Shown here piece by piece: positions 58,771-64,000 of a stretch of 64,000 nucleotides of DNA. Where the stretch lies: the NCBI GenBank assembly GCA_032718475.1, contig JAUCBJ010008494.1, positions 1 to 64,000 of the forward strand, read 5' to 3'. The position numbers and the translations under genes were made by a program. This stretch comes from Nemertoderma westbladi (taxonomy: Eukaryota; Animalia; Xenacoelomorpha). The notes beneath the pieces were generated by a model. That model searched no databases and was not told the origin of the DNA. It saw only the letters and a list, made by a program, of their open reading frames with translations. Positions within the stretch are counted from its first letter, which is position 1; each line of letters starts with the position of its first letter.

Positions 58771-60774
58771 CTTTTACACTTAGAATCGCTTTCTGCCGCG
58801 TACCAATCCGTGTCAGCCTTGCTGCAGCTGCTGTACACCAGTGCACCAAACCCAGAAATCGTAAACTCCAAACTCGGTTGTGTAGATGACTGCTGTGTAC
58901 CTTAAAGTTGTACGGAGAATAAATCGGTTGTCTCAGAATCTGAAACCTACAAATTAATTTACAATTTTAAGTCCAAAACAAATTTAATTTTTTATTCGCA
59001 TCTAAATTTACTATAAATATAAACACCCTTCTTGGCGTGCTTCAAATTCAAAATTTTTACTATTTTTGTATTTAAAATATCTACAATTTTTTAACTTGTT
59101 TGTATGTAGAATTCGTAGGAACCAAATAATATCCAATGAATCTTCGATCCACAATCTTAATATAAACTAAAATTTCGATCTCAAATTCCTCCTGCGAAAT
59201 ATATAATTTATTTCGAAATAAAAACCCCCGCCAGGGAAAACAAATTATCTATCGCAAGCAAAGGAAAACGCTGGTCCAGGACTTCAATGTAATAGCACCT
59301 GTTACTATCACCTTTATAATTTACAGTAAGTGTAGATGCGAAATATCTATTTTATAAGCCGAAAAATCCTGACTACAGATTGTTACCGCATTAAAATATA
59401 AACCTAAATTTAACATAGGCCAGAAATGTTTGAGACTCACCAGGATTCCATCCCTCCTTAGAAAACCGATTTCACAGTTCTAGAATGAATTATCTGTACT
59501 GTAACTACACTCTCATTCTAGAATAGTACAAATTATCTAAGTACAATTTTCTTATCTATAGGTTATGCCCAATGGCTAAACTTGGCACATATTACAAATA
59601 TCCCGTAGTTTTCTAAATGGACCAATGAAGGACGATACCTAACTAACCCAAAACATTTGCCCCGAAAACGTACACAAGCAAGACCTATTTTTACTCGCGT
59701 ATCCCCCCAATTTAGTTTAATCTTCGATTGACTTGCGGTATATAATTTATTTACAAACAAGTCAGGTTCAAAACGGGAAATACAACTAAATTTATTCATT
59801 CCTTCCCAATTTATTATACTGTTACCTATGAAGCAGTACTATATCTTTAGGACGTATTGAAACCCATTTAGCCCCCCAAAACCGATCTGTTAGCCCAAAA
59901 TAAGCCCCATACTTCCCTTGACTATTTCCAATGTGCGTTGAGGCGTCTCATCCCTTCGCCAAATTACCATATACGCCCCAACATGACCGCTGTAAGCTGT
60001 AGCGTTTCCAAAACATTAATCCATTAAAACATTAAACCGACTTTCAAATATAATATAATCTAGGACATATTATTACAAGGACAATTTCTATACTAATATA
60101 CACAAAACATATTGCTCAAACTCGAAACTAATATAAATGACAAGAAATTAACAAAGGAAGAATCAAGCTAGAGTTCAGTTGAGATAATAATGGGATTTGG
60201 GCCCCAAAAGGGATTTGGGCCCCAAAACGAATATATAAACTCACAATTTCTATTGAGCTGAGGTTAGCTGCAATGTATTATTACTACAGGTAATGCTTCG
60301 AGGGCATTGCTGCTCGCTCCTCATTGGACCAGCGCACTGAAAATTCTCCACTCATACTACATGGTTTATATAACAGCTGCCAGGCCTAAAGCCATCAACA
60401 GGTAGTTGTCAACTTCTATTTAAAATACTAATAAAAGTACTCTAAATTTAATGTAGATCACTAAGCAACCCTTAACAACAATAAACTTTACTTGCAAATA
60501 GAAATGGCAGTGATTTTTTATGTCCTTTTATTTGACTTTTTTTGTCCTTTTTTTTTTACGAATTATGCATAATGACTTTTGTTGTCCTTGTAATGACTTT
60601 TATTGTCCTTTTAATGACTTTTTATGTATGTATTTCTTCAAACTGTCAGACTGCTGATTTCTGGACTGTCAGATAGTTGATTTCACTATGCCTGTGCCAA
60701 AACATTCCATGATTTATAGACTATGAGATAGATTTCCATATGCGCCTGTGATAAAAAGACTCTATATTTATATA

Positions 60775-63700
60775 TTTCTTTTTAATCCAGGCCTGGAGGC
60801 CCATAATTAACATAAATTACAAATTACAATAATATAATTATTAGATCACAGCACAATTTAATAGTAAAATATACGTATAATGAATAGAGTCTATTTCAAA
60901 GTTCTAAAAATCCATATTTATCATTTCACGTATTCTGCTTGAAGGGGCTGTCACTTCCGATATTGTTTGCACTAAAATATTTGTAGAACTTTCGATGCGT
61001 GACCATAGTGATCGAATTGCGTTATACCGTACGTGAATGAATTTGCACAAGTTAAGCTCGCCAAACATTAGCGATACACTGCAGTCATATTTATACCCAA
61101 ATAATTTCCTAGCTATATTGTTATAACCCACTCTAAATTTGTTGTATAATCTTGCGTCAAAATTGCGACGAGCCCATAATGAGTTACAATAGAATTGTGA
61201 ACAGAAAGCTAAAAATAGTTTCCGTTTTACATTAATCGAGCAGACACCAAATTTCCTAATTAACATATTGCCACGTCTATAAAGTGCATGTAACTGATTG
61301 ATAATGTCATGCCCGTCATCTGTGGAAGCATGAATAATATGGCCTAGATACTTAAATTGATCTACTTGTTCTAACATAACACCATTTATATTAAATTTTG
61401 TTGTTACAATAGTTGTATTCGATTTCGGCACAAAACACATTAATTTGGACTTTTTCACGTTAATCTTGATTGAATGTAATTTTGTATAGTCCTCAAATAT
61501 ACGTAATAGCTTATTCATGCCATATGCGGAGTTTGATAACACCGTGAGATCGTCCGCATACATGCAATGGTTCGCCCTATGATTACCAATTTGACAACCT
61601 ACATTGGTAGCATCAAATTCTAAGCTTAAATCATATAAATAAACATTATAAAATAAAGGGGAAAGAATTCCACCCTGTTTAGTACCATTAGTAACAAAAA
61701 ATGGGATGGAATGGAAACCCCCCCATCTCACGCTTATACACTGAAAACGATACCAATAAACCATAACACGAACTAAATACAACGGCACTTTCCGTTCAAT
61801 CAATTTACTAAAAAGTTTATAATGATTTACGAGGTCAAAAGCCTTGGATGAGTCTAAAAAGCACACATATATAGGGCTGTCATTATCTAGGTAAAATTGT
61901 ATAATTTCCTTTAGAGTGTATATGGCTAGCTCCGTGCCCAACTCCTTTTTAAAACCGAATTGTGAGTCCGTTGTGTATAGGTAATCTGATATTTTTTCTA
62001 AATATACATGCTCCAGCAATTTGCTAGATATAGTGGAAAGAATAATTCCACGATAATTATCGCCGTCCGTGATGTCGCCATTTCTATCTTTAACTAACGG
62101 TATCAAATCAGAAACTATACACTCTGGAGGCATTGAACCATGAATATTAATAAACGTATAAATATTTGCTAAATGTACGGTCAAATTACCTGAAGCGTAT
62201 TTATAATGTTCGGCGGAAAGGCCGTCTGGGCCTGCCGCCTTACCAGAAGCAAGTTTTTTTATAGCTTCATTAACCTCATCCGTATTAACTATCATTTCTA
62301 GATCGAAAGACATGTTACCTAAAGCACGATCAACAAGAACTTTATCTTTATCATTATGCACTGAATTAAATAAAGCACTGAACTTATCCTTAAAATAGTT
62401 AGCGATATCTGGTTCACCAACTGCCTCACCTACTTTACTAGATAGAGGCACCGAATTGCAACATTCTTTGGTGACATTTTTCCAAAACTCATTGCTCTTA
62501 TCGCTATAAAGAGAGTCAGCTAACTTGTCCGCCCGCAACTTTTTATCATTGCGTTTACACTCTCTCATTGCACGTTTAAAATGCAGTTTCGATGACATAT
62601 ATTCTGAGAAAATCACTCCAGTTCTAGGGCACCCGTGAGCGCGCCAGATCCTAAAGCATAAACGTGAAAATTCATTTTCACGTTCATTTTCATTTTCAAT
62701 ACATCATTCCAGCCAGGTATAGGTCTACCTTTTTCTGCCGTTTTATCCGTCTTACGTTTTGGCAGGCACTCACTGGAAGCACCCTGGATCGCTTTTACAA
62801 TTTCAGAATAATATGTATTAATTGCATCTGCATGCTCCAATGAGGAGCAATTTACATTTCTACAATTAACAGAGTCTACAGGCACACATAAATCATCTAG
62901 ACGTTTGGCTAGACGTTGACTATAAGCTACGCGATCAGCTGCATTCGCTTTAGACCAATCACAACTGACCGGGTTCTGATAGTGGTTCTGATTATTTTTC
63001 TCGCCGTGCTGTGCTCGAACACCCGTGTTACCAGGTATACTGAAATGGGTGAGGAGCGGCATATGGTCGGAAATAGCCAAGTTATAGTCAACTTCTATAT
63101 GAGAAATAAGTGTTGCTGCTGCCTCTGTGCAAACTACATGGTCTAACCATGAGGTAGAACCATGGGAGGCACTAACAAATGTAAAAGTTGTATTACCAAG
63201 TAGGTCTACATCCCTTACAGTACAATTAGAGTCTATACACCAAGAATTAATATAATTAAAGTAATCTGTATTTACATCAGCATTAAAATCGCCAATAGCA
63301 ATGCAAAAATTTGTTTCCGCGCTGTCAAAAATAGCTCCCAACTTGCCAAGGCAGTTTAAAAATTCATCGTCGTTTTCAGCACATTTATATGGGAAATAAA
63401 CATTTACAAATAATACTTCTTGATCATTTGGCAGAGATATTTTTATCCCATATAACCGTTCTTCATTGTAGGAAATGCACGTAATACAATTTGCAATTTC
63501 TTTTCTATACAAAATCGCTAGACCACCGTATGGTCTACCATGTAGGAGTCTGTCACTCAGATCAACATTAGAGATACCACGAGCAAAATACCTCTGGTCT
63601 ATGTTCGATAGCATATCTAGATCTTGGGCTGGTAACATATGCTCCTGAATAAATATTAAATCCGCACTACTATCACAAAGTTTCTTAATTGCTTGACGTG

Positions 63701-64000
63701 AGTGAGCAGTTCTTACAGAGTTACAATTATATGATGCGATTGTCAGGTGTTCATTTACTTGATTATTCATATTTACATGCATCAGTAAAAAAAATAATAA
63801 AATATAAATTCTGATAGACATTTTATAAAAAAAAAAAACACTCAATTATTATTTACAATATATATATCAATTATCAATTGAAAAAAACTCAAATATATAC
63901 CTATGCAACACTGACTCCGTTGCTGTCTGCTGACTGAGCTTGTCCTCCTGACGGTGGAACGCCATTTGGACCTGGTCCAGAGCCAGCAACGAAGCTGCCA
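60775..64000 (-). mobile_element. L2/Daphne/Crack-type LINE running off the window's 3' edge
   Basis: APE ORF 62613-63845 (SYNC, FIQEH, GRPYGG, NVYFP, GDFNA, WLDH, SDH) and RT ORF 60904-62616 (FLDSSKAFD, GTKQGGILSP, YADD, FKYLG). Probable ORF1 end at ~63901-64000. Confidence 0.88.
60904..63845 (-). pseudogene. LINE ORF2 (APE-RT) with a single frameshift at ~62655-62700
   Basis: PGWNDVLK in one frame continues as FRIWRAHGCPRTGVIFSEY in the RT frame. Confidence 0.85.

Overview
AT-rich, repeat-dense eukaryotic DNA, most likely from an invertebrate animal. It is not prokaryotic: I saw no operons, rRNA, CRISPR array or intact tRNA. The only convincing host gene is the 3' coding end of a cadherin/protocadherin-like gene (1-813). 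Most of the rest is layered transposable elements: six pieces of one RTE-clade LINE family, a decayed Penelope-like RT, two related BEL/Pao LTR elements, a young Ty3/Gypsy provirus (401-bp LTRs, CACG TSD, tRNA-Pro PBS), CR1- and L2/Daphne-type LINEs, nested hAT/MULE/Kolobok/EnSpm-like MITEs, two Helentron/DINE-like elements and several minisatellites. The most interesting unexplained signals are: (i) a ~0.85-kb non-coding module present twice (47879-48730, 57764-58620) that keeps short blocks, a CCAAT box, a splice donor and a terminal hairpin while the spacers have diverged; (ii) a BEL LTR hairpin with compensatory base changes, plus a Gag-protease-only BEL derivative with a structured 3' region; (iii) orphan intronless acidic ORFs at 54.5-56.0 kb; (iv) TE-borne CTCF-like motifs; (v) a Helentron-like element flanked by a ~250-bp duplication. 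All comparisons were made by eye; no database searches were run.
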